Assembly: GCF_006345805.1 (NCBI RefSeq)
Contig: NW_021834944.1
Span: 1-45,056, forward strand
Direction: 5' to 3'
From: Octopus sinensis
Lineage: Eukaryota
DNA: 45,056 bases
A model generated the notes under the pieces. That model had not been told where the DNA came from. It searched no databases and worked only from the letters and a program-made list of their open reading frames with translations. Shown in pieces: positions 1 through 11,367 of the stretch (positions are counted from its first letter, which is position 1; the number at the start of each line of letters is the position of its first letter). The position numbers were made by a program, and so were the translations under genes.

Positions 1-455
1 TCAGGTACTCCTCGTCGACGTCCAGGTTCGCCCCGAGCTCGTCGTCGTACCTCCCCTCCACTAACCCCTATAGAATGCTTTGGTTGTGTTGAAGTCACTT
101 AAGGTCGACCCAGGACGGCAGAGTTGCTTGAGAGCAACGCGACACTCGCGGTGCCATTCGCCCTTCCTCGTCCTCTTTTTGATCCACGACTGCAGTTCGG
201 TCATGGAGACGAGCTGCGGGAAAGCGTGCCTCACAAACGGCGACCACACCTGTTCACCGTCGTCTACATAGAGCCAGATGTCGCAGTCTCAGCGCGTGTC
301 TGCGCATCATCAACCACGGCATGCCCAGCCCTCCTTTTAACGGGTGTTGACAGCAAATGGATCGCCTGACCATCGGGACGCATCCTTTCCACAAGAAGCG
401 AAAGAGGATGCGTTGTAGTTTGGTGATGGTAGGGTCGGGACAAGGTACGACGGTC

Positions 456-457
<2 letters not shown>
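1..457 (-). mobile_element. L1/Tx1-clade LINE ORF2 fragment (post-RT region), 5'-truncated, frameshifted, runs off window start
   Basis: Minus-strand translation ITKLQRILFRFLWKGCVPMVRRSICCQHPLKGGLGMPWLMMRRHALRLRHL fits the L1/Tx1 ORF2 'F.FLW...P...GGLG' signature; continues after a frameshift as WSPFVRHAFPQL...TKAFYRG. Confidence 0.8.
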
Positions 458-489
<32 letters not shown>

Positions 490-530
490 GTTGGTAGGTA
501 GGTAGGTAGGTAGGTAGGTAGGTAGGTAGA
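456..530. repeat. (GATA)n/(GGTA)n microsatellite
   Basis: Direct reading. Confidence 0.95.
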
Positions 531-967
531 TATGTTTCTTTATTAGCCACACAGGGCTGCACACAGATAGAACAAATTACAAGGTAGGGCTTTTCTTTTG
601 AAGGTTTTAAAAAAAAATAATAACAAATAAAATAAAATAAAAAAGGGGGGGTCGATCAAAAGGGATCGTAAAAGGAGAAAGAGGACAAAAAAAGGGGGGG
701 TTAAAAAAAAGGGGGAGAGGAAAAAATTGTCAATAGGGATCGTTATCACAGAAATGTCAATATGAAGTGTAAAGGGGAGGACAGGTGAGGTTTACCCGTG
801 GAAGAAAGCCTACGGAAAAGACCACGGTAACCTCGGTCAATGAAGTCACATGTTATATTTCTTTTTTTTTTTTTTTTTTGCAAATAAGCAACTCTCTGTA
901 TTAATTTTTACGGTTCATAGAATCGTAGTCAAGGTGGCTTCGTCATTCATACGTGCCATCCTTGCTG
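531..967 (-). mobile_element. 3' end of a Tx1/L1-like LINE (last ORF2 codons + 3' UTR), heavily 5'-truncated
   Basis: ARMARMNDEATLTTIL* (stop 915-917), then UTR with a stem-loop at ~786-830, a pyrimidine-rich tract and AATAAA at 539-544 (minus), ending at the TCTA repeat. Same orientation as the adjacent Tx1 fragment; same family is inferred. Confidence 0.6.
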
Positions 968-983
968 TAGATAGATAGATAGG

Positions 984-1055
<72 letters not shown>

Positions 1056-1056
1056 A
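968..1056. repeat. (GATA)n microsatellite
   Basis: Direct reading. Confidence 0.95.
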
Positions 1057-1573
1057 GGCAGGCATATAGGCATACAGGCATATGTATATACATATATTAC
1101 CAAAAAGAAAAACTTTAATTGTCACTAGTTGTGACTGAGTGTACCGAAGCACCTATATTTCAAGAAATAAGAGTTAAAACCCCTTAATGTTGCGTGAAGC
1201 GCACAATATATATACACTGACAGTGGACATAACCACCCTATGAACGACCCTTGAGATCATTTGACGAGACTAGTTTCGTCTATAAGTCGTACAGCCTACG
1301 AAGAAGAAGAAGAGGACGACGATGAGCATGACAACCAAAACCGCAAGGACAGCGATGAGGTTGTGTAAATATCTACTCATATCTTCTTCAAGATTGGCCA
1401 TTGTTGAAATTTGCAATAAAGTTATGTGTTATTGTTCCTGCACTAGAGAGGATATTTAAAATAGGGAATAAAAAAAAAATTGTCATCATTCTTTGTAGTT
1501 GACACATTGACATATATATACTTGTGCATTTCCATCCTGTTCCTTCTCACATACGCACACACACACACACCCG

Positions 1574-1618
<45 letters not shown>

Positions 1619-2419
1619 AATCGGATCATGATCACGTAAATATGTGTATGTATTATGGATGTGCATATATATATACACACACGCAATAAAATATAACGGT
1701 AAATCAATATATCATAATATGTTAAATACATTATAATATAGGTGGCTATAGTAATAAAAAACCCAAAAAGGCAAAATACATAAAAAGGGGTGCAAAATAG
1801 TTCCTTAAATTGCTAGTAATAGGAACTAAAAAAATATAACTCGAATAGACACAGAAAGTCACCAACCGTTTTGAAATTTAGCGTTCGCTGTTCAACGGTT
1901 TTTTTCTCTTTCTCGTGGGCAAATGGGAAGCAAGCTATCTCTTTAACCCGGAGTAAGTTGTGGTAACCCCTATCGAGAAACAAAACCATGTTTTTTTAAA
2001 TTTCGAAATCATATGATAGGGTTTTATCAAACTACTTCATTTTGTGAAATCGTAGGAATTGAACCCACAATATTAAGATCGTCAATCAAATACCTCTGTT
2101 CGCTAGGTAACTCGCCTACGCCCTGATATGTTGTAGCGATTTTATAATTGATGTTCTTCAACGTCAGCTGGTTACACAAAGCAATCAATGTCATTAATTA
2201 ATGGTTTGTGTTTGCCAGATTATAAAGGTTGGGCTAACTTGACCTTTTAGCTATACTTCACCTTTCCTGGACAATTTAGCTGATCTAATTGGCTTGGCAT
2301 TTTTCAGTAGAATCATTTCCTTTCTCTAAAACCAATTGAATTTCGTCTGCAAACAGTCAGAGTGGATTTAATTCTAAAGTAAATTTCCGAATCAATAAGC
2401 TTAGCTGTCACTCGCAAGA

Positions 2420-2717
2420 CCTGGAGGCTTCTACCGCAAATTGTTTAACTGTTTGGGTGACTTTCGTAGATTTGAACCGACATAGATATCCTCTTGGCCT
2501 TCCTGTCTTTGACTTAGGGAGAACATCGAAGATGTCACGGCTGGAGAGAGAAAGGGGGCTGCATCAGCACTCGACTGGTGCATATGTTCTGCTGAGCCGG
2601 CTGAGCAACGTGAAATGATGTGCTTTACACAGGGACACAGAACACTGATCGATTCGGGAATCGAACCCCAATCTGATGATCGTGATTCCAACACACGAAC
2701 CGCTCGACCACGCACCT
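2420..2717 (-). mobile_element. tRNA-derived SINE, diverged
   Basis: Minus strand begins ggtgcgTGGTCGAGCGG (A box) ... GGTTCGATTCC (B box), then a tgtgtccctgtgtaaagcac core. Confidence 0.6.
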
Positions 2718-2749
2718 AAATAATCTATGTTATATCGGGATATTGTCAC

Positions 2750-3465
2750 AAAACGGGAGGTTGACAGAATCGGTTTTTCCCGCCAATTTTCTGGCTTAGT
2801 GTTTATGTAAGAAATAAATCTCCTTGATTGTTTGGAGTATTTCTTCCGGATCTTTACGCTCTGAGATCAAATTCTTTCCCACCGTTATTTTTCTTATCTG
2901 AGTTCAAATTCCGCCGAGGTCGATTTTGCCTTTCATCCTTTCGGGGTCGATAAATTAAGTACCAGTTGCGTACTGGGGTCGATCAAGTCGACTGTTCCCC
3001 ACCCACAAAATTTCGGGCCTTGTGCCTAGAGTAGAAAAGAAAAAATAGAATCTCTTTGCAATACGTTTTGAACCGTTTCGTTCCGAGATCTAATCACACC
3101 AGGGCCAGCTTAGACTTGATTCATCCAGGGTCCAAGAAATAAATCCCTAGCCAAGTCCTTTATCGATATAAGCAACTGCAAATCTACCAACGCTCATCCT
3201 CCACCAAAATAATTCAAATCCCACTTAGATCAGCTCCGTTTTTGACCCTTCCGGAGTCAATGAAATAAGGAACCAGTCATATCTTAGGGCCGATATAACA
3301 TATCCCCCCACACACACACACACACTAATGAAATCCTAACTTTGTGTCTATGAATTGAATTACAATTATAGAAATATTATTTGCGGTATTTTTTCGGATC
3401 GTTTGGTTGTGAGATCTAATCACACAAAGACTCATTTGGCTTTGACTCTTGCGGGGTCAATGACT
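2750..3465 (+). mobile_element. Cluster of SINE family A copies and partial decayed copies
   Basis: Core gagttcaaattccgccgaggtcga...cctttcatcctttcggggtcgataaattaagtaccag at ~2898-3040; degenerate partial repeats near 3085, 3230 and 3410. Confidence 0.75.
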
Positions 3466-3469
3466 TATA

Positions 3470-4425
3470 TCTTTATTCTTTTATTTGTTTCAATCATTTA
3501 ACTGCGGCCATATTGGGGCAACGCCTTGAGGGAATTTTAGTCGAATAAATCGACCTCAGTACTTATTTGTTTTAAAGCTGGTGCTTCTTCTATCGGTCTT
3601 TCTTTGCTGAACCGTTAAGTTGCTGGGACGTAAACGCACCAACACCGGTTATCAAGCAGTGGTGGTAGGGCAAACACTAACACAAAGATACGCACATACA
3701 TATACATGCGTGCGTGCGCGTGCGCGTGTGTGTGTGTGTACATATATTCTTTCATTCTTTTATTCTTTTACTTTTGATTGCAGCCATGCTGGAGCACGAC
3801 CTTTTAGTAAAAAAAGCCGAGCTCTGAACGTATTCTTTCTAAGCGTGGTACTTATTCTATCGGTTTCTTCTGCCGAACAGCTAAGTTGCGGAAACGTAAA
3901 CACCCCGATATCGGATGTAAAGCGAAGGTGGGGGATAAATGTAGACACAAAGACACACACACAAATATATATATATATATATATATAAATATATATGACG
4001 GGATTTTTTCAGTTTCCATCTACCAAATCCTCTCACAAACTTTGGTTGGTCCAAGGCTATAGTAGAAGACACTTGTCCAAGGTGCCATGCAGTGGGATTG
4101 AACCCGGGATCAATGTGGTTGGGAAACAAGTTTCTTATTTCTTTATTGCCCACAAGGAGCTAAACATAGAGGGGACAAACAAGGGCAGACAAAGGGATTA
4201 AGTCGATTACATCGACCCCAGTACTTAATTTATCGACCCCGAAAGGATGAAAGGCAAAGTCGACCTCAGCGGAATTTGAACTCTGAACATAACGGCAGAC
4301 GAAATACGGCTACGCATTTCGCCCGGTGTGCTAACGATTCTGCCAGATCGCCGCCTTACTAAGTTTTCTGCCAGCTCGCCGCGTTGGGAAACAAGTTTCT
4401 TACCACACAGCCACGCCTGAGCCTG
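3470..4425 (-). mobile_element. SINE family B (tRNA head, internal microsatellite, CR1-like tail), composite and interrupted by a SINE A variant
   Basis: Matches copies at 20015, 20734, 35480 and 41262; head ggcgtggctgtgtggtaag at ~4400-4420. Confidence 0.8.
4138..4382 (-). mobile_element. SINE A variant (A', Tx1-like tail) with 20-bp TSD
   Basis: TSD gttgggaaacaagtttctta at 4118-4137 and 4383-4402; 5' head partly duplicated; tail ...ccttgtgggcaataaagaaa. Confidence 0.85.
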
Positions 4426-5074
4426 AATGGGAATATAATAAACGGTTGGGAATCAATATTATAGAACTTTCTGAACAAAAGAAAATTAAATAAAAATATA
4501 CAGAACAAAATGTCATCAACTACACAACTACACTGTTTGACTAAACAATGTGTATTATCATAATTTTTTCTCCCCACTTCGTCTCCTTTCAGAAATGTTT
4601 TAGAAATGCATGTTTACTTTTAAAGGGAGTGGTTCTTGTTGTGGTGACTACTGATATTCTAGAAATCTTGTAATGGTAAATTTTTGCTGCGTTTAACTTT
4701 GCTTGTTACAGATTAGTGTCTGGGAATGTCAATGCATGTACATGCATACAACTTATTTTAAAGATTTCAAAAATCTAGACACACACAAAACAACAACAAC
4801 AACAACAACGAAATAAATAAGAAAATAAATACGAAAATAAATTAATAAATGTGTTAAGGAAAAATAAAAATGGTGAACGTTGCATTGCTTCACCGTAATT
4901 TGATCATTTCGGGGGTAACATTTAGTTTTCCCGAGAGTCAGATTTATAAAAACTAATAAATATTTCAAAAACAAGAATCGCTTATAAAATTTGAAACAAA
5001 ACGGTAAAAAAAATAAATAAATACTACAACTAAGCAATTAATTGTTATTATTTCCTCTGTCTCTCAGAAAATTT

Positions 5075-5300
5075 ATCGAAAGGTGACTATGACAAAAATG
5101 ATTAGGGTAACTGGAGCTACCACCGGAATGCCATCTCGGTCTTCCACAATCTTTCTTCATCTCTAGGTCTTGGCTAAGTCCTCATATTTCTCAATTTTTT
5201 CCTCAATTGTTTTTTTATGTATCTTCTTTATTATCATATTTTCTCATCTTACATTTCTTTTTATGTCTTCTACAATCATATCTGGTCATTTTGCATCAAT
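5075..5300 (-). mobile_element. Decayed restriction-like-endonuclease LINE C-terminus (R4/Dong/NeSL-like)
   Basis: Minus translation IDAK*PDMIVED...EEKIEKYEDLA, then RLWK..IPVV after frameshifts; fits the RPD / EK..KY.DL..W..IPV pattern. Confidence 0.6.
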
Positions 5301-5314
5301 AATTATTATCAGTT

Positions 5315-5800
5315 TTGGTGAGTTGACTGAAGCGTTAGCACGGCGAACAGTGTTTACCAACATTTCATCCATCTTTAAGTTCTGGGTCCAAATTTCGCCG
5401 TGGTCGACTTTACCTTTCATCAATTCAGAGTCGATAAATTAAGTATCAGTGAAACACTGAGGTCGATGTAATCGAATAGTTGCCTCCCCAGAAATTTCAG
5501 GCCTTTTGCCTATAGTTGAATGGATCATCATCATCATCATCATCATCATCATTATCATTATTATTATTATTATCATTATTAAGGCGGTGAGCTGGCAGAA
5601 TTCTTAGCGCATTGGACAAAATTGTTAGTGGCATTTTGTCTATCTATACAGTGTGTTCAAATTCTGCCAGGGTTAGAACGGCCTTTTTATCCTTTCGGGG
5701 TCGGTAAAATAAATAACAGTTGAGCATTCGGGGTCGATGTAATCTATCAGACTCCCTTCCCAGTAATTTCAGGCCTTATACTGATAGTAGAAGGGATTAT
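5315..5800 (+). mobile_element. Two tandem SINE A copies separated by (CAT)n/(ATT)n
   Basis: Heads at ~5315 and 5581 (aaggcggtgagctggcagaa) with family A core and tail. Confidence 0.8.
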
Positions 5801-5814
5801 TGTTGTTATTATTT

Positions 5815-6170
5815 AGCGTCGTGTTTCCAATAGTTTAAAACGAGTTTTTGTAGCACTGTCTTTTGAGAATGTAGAATTGCATCTGTATACGACATCGGGT
5901 TTAATTTGGTTTTGCCGTTCATTTTGTCGTTTTTGCCGTTGTGTATGTATATTGTGTAGAAGTTTCATTGGCTGTAGACAGAGAGGTTAAGGATCAACAT
6001 GCTGGTTATTCTTGAGAAACAAGATAATCAAAATGGTTTTCTTTTTCACAGATTTAGGTATTTTTTTCCGACTTCATCAGTAAAACGTTTCTGATATCGA
6101 TTTAAGTGTCTCGTCTAAAATTTTGAACCCGGAATTTAGAATCGCATCTTTTCCTGTTCCTTGCTATTTA
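5815..6170 (-). mobile_element. Possible ancient Penelope-like fragment
   Basis: Only short motifs (DAILNSGF; PDVVYRC...TKTRFK) reminiscent of the RT-thumb/GIY-YIG region; many stops. Confidence 0.3.
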
Positions 6171-6220
6171 CAGTATCTTTTCTAATGTTCCTGCTGTTAA
6201 GGCCTCTTATGATTGTTCAA

Positions 6221-7422
6221 ATACTGTACCGATCCATGGCTCACTTCCTGCGCTCGGAGGGCTTCATCAACCAAAGAGGAGATGGAGGTTTCAGTGAACG
6301 AGTTATTCGCTTCGATGGACAAAAAACTGGTATCAGCGTAGGACTGGCAGGAACATAGCTTCAGATGGTGCAGCACGACGGCCTCCACTTTGAATGTTAG
6401 GTTGCTTTGCGGATAAAGCAAATAAACTATTGGTTTCAAATTTTGACACAAGGCCAGAAATTTCGAGGAGGGGGTTAAGTTGATTACATCGATCCCAGTG
6501 TTCAACTGATACTTACTGTATCGACCGCGAAACAATGAAAAGCAAAGTCAACTTCGGTTGAATATGAACTCAGAACGTAACGGCAGACGAAATACCTATT
6601 TCTTTACTACCCACAAGGGGCTAAGCACAGAGAGGACAAACAAGGACATACAAACGGATTAAGTCGATTATATCGACCCCAATGCGTAACTGGTACTTAT
6701 TTAATCGACCCCGAAAGGATGGAAGGCAAAGTCGACCTCGGTGGAATTTGAACTCAGAACGTAACGGTAGACGAAATACCTATTTCTTTACTACCCACAA
6801 GGGGCTAAGCACAGAAGGGACAAACAAGGACATACAAACGGATTAAGTCGATTATATCGACCCCAATGCGTAACTGGTACTTATTTAATCGACCCCGAAA
6901 GGATGGAAGGCAAAGTCGACCTCGGTGGAATTTGAACTCAGAACGTAACGGTAGACGAAATACCTATTTCTTTACTACCCACAAGGGGCTAAGCACAGAA
7001 GGGACAAACAAGGACATACAAACGGATTAAGTCGATTATATCGACCCATGCGTAACTGGTACTTATTTAATCGACCCCGAAGGATGGAAGGCAAAGTCGA
7101 CCTCGGTGGAATTTGAACTCAGAACGTAACGGTAGACGAATACCTATTTCTTTACTACCCACAAGGGGCTAAACACAGAAGGGACAAACAAGGACAGACA
7201 AACGATTAAGTCGATTATATCGACCCCAATGCGTAACTGGTACTTATTTAATCGACCCCGAAAGGATGAAAGGCAAAGTCGACCTCGGCGGAATTTGAAC
7301 TCAGAAGGTAGCGGCAGACGAAATACTGCTAAGTATTTCGCCCGGCGGCGTGCGAACGATTTGGCTAGTTTCCCGCCTTATAAGCTACCAAAATATTGCA
7401 AAACTTTTGACTCTGCGCAATA
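6221..7422 (+). mobile_element. mariner transposon 3' remnant (6221-6425 + TIR 7384-7422) split by the SINE array
   Basis: LYRSMAHFLRS..FIN translation, similar to 14210-14476. The intact copy reads ataaagcaaataa|gttaccaaaatattgc; here the two halves flank the array. Confidence 0.75.
6428..7379 (-). repeat. Tandem array of ~181-184-bp SINE A-derived units (4 full periods) inside one SINE A
   Basis: gaactcagaa recurs at 6566, 6750, 6934, 7115 and 7297; single head at ~7330-7379; standard tail at ~6430-6480. Confidence 0.92.
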
Positions 7423-7756
7423 TTTTACGTTCACTTAGTGTTTCGTGAAATTGTTTTTGGTTGGACTCGAACTGTTTGTTTTGTTCAAAGAACCACTGTT
7501 GTTGTTTTTTGCAACAACAGAATCTGCGAATTAGCAAAATCTCATTTTTGAAGTGTTCTTTGATTTCGATCACTTTTTTTCCTTTTGTTATGATATATTT
7601 CTCTCATATTTTCCCCATGTTTTTCTGTAATGTCTTTTCGTTATTGATTTCATTAAAATAAGAGATTTTTTCTTTTCGTATTTTCTACATTTTTTTCTGT
7701 TTGTTTGTTTTCCATATTCTTTGTTAGGTTTTTTTTTTTCAGTTCAATGAGGGGTC

Positions 7757-8040
7757 ATGAGCTGGTGGTTTGTAGTGTTGCATTCACGATCGCAGGACTG
7801 TGGTTTCGATTCTTGTGTGTTGTGTTCTTGAACAAAACAATTTCTTTCACATTGCTCTCCGATTACTTCCACACCTGAAGTGTGCTACACCTTGCACTTG
7901 GACCTGTTCAGACAACGTCGATTTGATGGAGAGAGAGAGCGAACTAATGTACAGCACATACATTTGATCGCTACAAACAAGTCATGGGTGCAGTTTGTTC
8001 AGAAGGAATTTGCAGAACCATTCAGAGACTACCATCATCG
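7757..8040 (+). mobile_element. Diverged tRNA-derived SINE
   Basis: ctggtggtt...cacgatcgcaggactgtggtttcgattc head resembling the 2420-2717 and family C heads. Confidence 0.5.
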
Positions 8041-8075
8041 GACTTTGAGAGATTGCTATCATCCTTATCCTCCTC

Positions 8076-8077
<2 letters not shown>

Positions 8078-8123
<46 letters not shown>
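8078..8123. repeat. (CAT)n microsatellite
   Basis: Direct reading. Confidence 0.95.
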
Positions 8124-8124
<1 letters not shown>

Positions 8125-9299
8125 CATATTTCAATGTGGTTAGATCTGATAGAGTACCTCCCTTACTCTATAACTACACTGGATGCTTCTATATTATTTC
8201 GGTTAGCGTGTTGTTATTGATGTCAGCGTCTGTTTTAAGCTTTTGATGGCAAACTTTTTGTCGTTGTTATTTTATCTCCAATTGTTTCCATATGGAGTTT
8301 TTTCTTCAGTCCATTGGTCAATAGGAAGATCTATAGTAATTAAATCATTAATTACTTTCGGTCTTACGTTTTAATTATGTTCACAATTTTCACTTTTAGG
8401 ATTTCCCATTCTTAAATCTTATTATTTTTCCTTTATTTCATAATTCTATGTTGTTTAAGTTCGACTTTTACGAGGAAGTATTCTAAAGGCGTTCTTGGCT
8501 TTAGTTTTCGTATTTTATGCTATTTACTTTTAATTTGTTTGTTTTTACAAGTTAGAGCTGTCGTCGTCACACATACTCTCACCCAATGCTTTAAAAATAC
8601 GGTTTATATACATTATTTGCGTTTTTGTTACGATTTCCTTAAAATATTCTCTTTCAATGACTGAAATTTTTAACTTTGAGAATATGTTTTCCCTTTAAGT
8701 TCATTTGTTTGTGGTGGGCCACAATCCCGCTTAGTTCCGAGCTATTATCATAGTTTCGCTTCTGAGGAAGAGTATAAACACATTCCTCTTTGCACCATTT
8801 CTACCGTTTTCGGGATATTCGTGTAATTTGAATGAAATCTCGTCCTTTAGTCTAATTATCATAATTTTCTATCGAGCATTTGTTTTATTTGGATTTTGTG
8901 ATATCAAGTTTTACACACTCCATTTTCATAGATTCTTTTTTTAAATATTAAATTCAAATTACACATTCTTGTATTAACTTTGCCCAAATGTAATACGGTC
9001 TTTAGATGTATTTGTTTACTTTCTGTCACGCGAGATACAGCTTGTCTGATGTTGCTTTGGGAAAACTCTGACAGTTTGCTTAGACGTGGTACCAAATCAC
9101 TCACCCCACATTAATCATACGACGTAATTGCCAATATTTTTTTCACAAACATTTATACACTTGATAATTAATTTAAATAACTTAATTTTTCGATTTGATT
9201 CATTAGATTTGGATTATAGGATAATATTCCTTGAACCTTTCAAACACCATTATTTCATGCTAAACATCCTTAGTATTCTCATACAATTATTATCATCGT

Positions 9300-9500
9300 A
9301 GGGACGGTGCACTGGCAAAATCGTATAAGCTTCGGACAAAATACGCTTTCCGTTTTGAGTTCGAATACAACCGAAGACCAACTTTATCTTTAATCATTTC
9401 AGAATGGATGAAATATGATTGAGGTCGATGAAATATTCAGGTTGACAGAACCGGCCATCACTTCCCACAAAATTGTTGGACTTGTGCCGCAAGCAAAAAG
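9300..9500 (+). mobile_element. Diverged SINE A
   Basis: gacggtgcactggcaaaatcg head, gagttcgaat B-box, family tail. Confidence 0.6.
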
Positions 9501-9520
9501 CATTCTTATTAATTACATAT

Positions 9521-9648
9521 CACTTGATCACTTTGACCGACCAGTCCGTCAGGCGTCCATTTGACACCGCTGGTCACAGCACGCTGTCCACTCCTCTCTG
9601 GATCGCGCCTTTCTCATCCACGTGATCCCAATCGTCCTCTTGAGGACG
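9521..9648 (-). mobile_element. RTE-clade LINE extreme 3' fragment with 13-bp TSD
   Basis: GITWMRKARSREEWTACCDQRCQMDA*; tail aagtgatcaagtg; TSD attaattacatat at 9508-9520 and 9649-9661. Confidence 0.7.
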
Positions 9649-9809
9649 ATTAATTACATATACAAATCCATATTGTCTTTTGTGTTTGTATTATCCTAAA
9701 TGTGTTTCAGTCCTCGCTACCAACAAACTATCTCTAATCATTAACGCGGCGGACAATATGCCTAACCGTATTTCTTTTAAGCTCAAGTTCCTTCGAGGTT
9801 TACAATTTA

Positions 9810-10330
9810 CTAGTACTTTATTTTATCGGCCTCGAAAGGATGAACAGCAAAGTTGACCAAGGTGGAGAATTCAGAACGTAAAGCCGGAAGAGATGACGCT
9901 AATCATCGAATCCGGCGGGCTAATGATTCTGTCAGCTCACTTCCGACTTAATAATACTCATTCTTTTTACTATAGGCGAAACGCCTGAAATTGCTGGTTC
10001 ATCGAACCCCAAAGAATGAACCGCAAAGTCAACCTCGGCAGCACTGAAATAGTGTTGAGCATTTTTATTCGGAGCGGTAAAGACACTGGCAACTCAACTA
10101 CTTAATAATAATAAGAAGAAGAAGAAGAAGAATCCTTTCTACTATATGCACAAGTTGATTACAGCTGGCAGAATCGTTAGCGCGCCGGACGAAATGCTTA
10201 ACGGTATTTCGTCTGCCGCTACGTTCTGAGTTCAAATTCCGCCGAGGTCGACTTTGCTTTTCATCCTTTGGTCAATCTAATCAACTGGCCCCTTCCCCCA
10301 AAATTTCGGGCCTTCTGCCTAGAGTAGAAA
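9810..10330. mobile_element. Three partial SINE A copies (two minus, one plus at ~10163-10330)
   Basis: Family A core motifs in both orientations. Confidence 0.7.
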
Positions 10331-10379
10331 ATAATGATATTTCTAGCATGGATTTTTACAGCTGCTCTTTGCCTCGGAG

Positions 10380-10660
10380 TGAACAATGCGATCGCAGAAC
10401 ATCGAAAGCACAAGTTCCGCTGGGTCGCACACGTCACAAGGTTCACAGACAATAGGCGGACCTGTACAGTTGCCCAATGATATCCAAGAGATCGGTAAAA
10501 GCCACTTGGAAGGCCTTAACAACGATGGGAAAATGATTTAGGCAATTTGAGGCATGATGGAAAATAATGGCGCAATCAAAATAGAATAGGAAGTGCATTG
10601 TGACCAGCGATATATAACTCTATCTGAAGGTCTGCTTGATACTGTGAACTGTGATACATC
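10380..10660 (+). mobile_element. RTE-clade LINE 3' fragment, decayed
   Basis: KFRWVAHVTRFTDNRRTCTVAQ*YPRDR*KPLGRP*QRWENDL fits the RTE C-terminal 'RW.GHV.R..D.R...W.PR..R..GRP..RW.D' motif. Confidence 0.8.
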
Positions 10661-11014
10661 GTTGGAAGCTTTACACTGGTTTAGTAGGCCAGGAGGCAAA
10701 GTGCAACGCCCAGTAAATGCACCGTAGCGTTATAAATGGTTCAAACTTGCTCATTATTCAAATAGATAGCATATTCTGCTGAAATACCATAAATATATGA
10801 TGTAAAATTCTAATGTTTACATTGAATTTTGGTTCTTCCATTTGGAACAATGCAGTCGTGGAAAGATTAGAATTTCAAACATTTGTTTTCACTAACGTAT
10901 TCAGAGGGGAATTAAGGAAACGTCAATCTTGGGAAGATCTTTAAGGGGCTTCGGTACGAATTTTCTTCCAGTAGCTTGGTTGACAAATAAATGAATAAAT
11001 AAATAATTATATAA

Positions 11015-11367
11015 ACTAGAAAAGCACCCGGAGAGCGCAGACCCCCGCCAAGCAGCTCATTTCCACCCATATACACGCATACTGAAAATCGCCCAATTTC
11101 CCAAACCTAAGACGGCCAAAACGTAACCTGCTTGGCGATGGTAAAAAAAAATAACACAGCCATATGGTTTTTTAACAAATGAAAAATCCTTCAAGAATCC
11201 ATAAAAATTTCTGGATCACTACCAAAATTTCATCATCAGTTCCTCGTGGCATTACCAACTTTTTCTACAAGTTTCATAAAATACCGTTCACAACTTTTTG
11301 AGTTATTTTGCACACAGACGGACATACCAACGCCGATGAAAACATAACCTTCCTTGGTGGAGGTAAT
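11015..11367 (-). mobile_element. Helentron-associated non-autonomous element (HINE/DINE-1-like)
   Basis: Sub-terminal inverted repeats (a)cctccaccaagg / cttggcgggggt, short GTCY tract, 3' end gcgctctccgggtgcttttCTAG. Confidence 0.7.

Noticed and set aside
1260-1300. ttgacga-gact...agtc hammerhead-like spacing
   Set aside because: Both core segments are broken (no CUGA, no GAAA)
4575-4680. Plus-strand AG...GT exon-like segment
   Set aside because: Stop codons in the frames examined and no supporting neighbouring exons
6566-7300. Regularly spaced repeats resembling a CRISPR array
   Set aside because: Units are near-identical along their whole ~183 bp with no unique spacers, are SINE-derived, and the context is eukaryotic
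7880-8143. ORF with poly-His tail
   Set aside because: SINE remnant plus (CAT)n microsatellite
8160-8900. Possible ancient Penelope remnant (KKFAIKSLKQTL; ENCEHN) and CTGAGGA at 8762
   Set aside because: Too degenerate; no complete hammerhead fold or reliable frame
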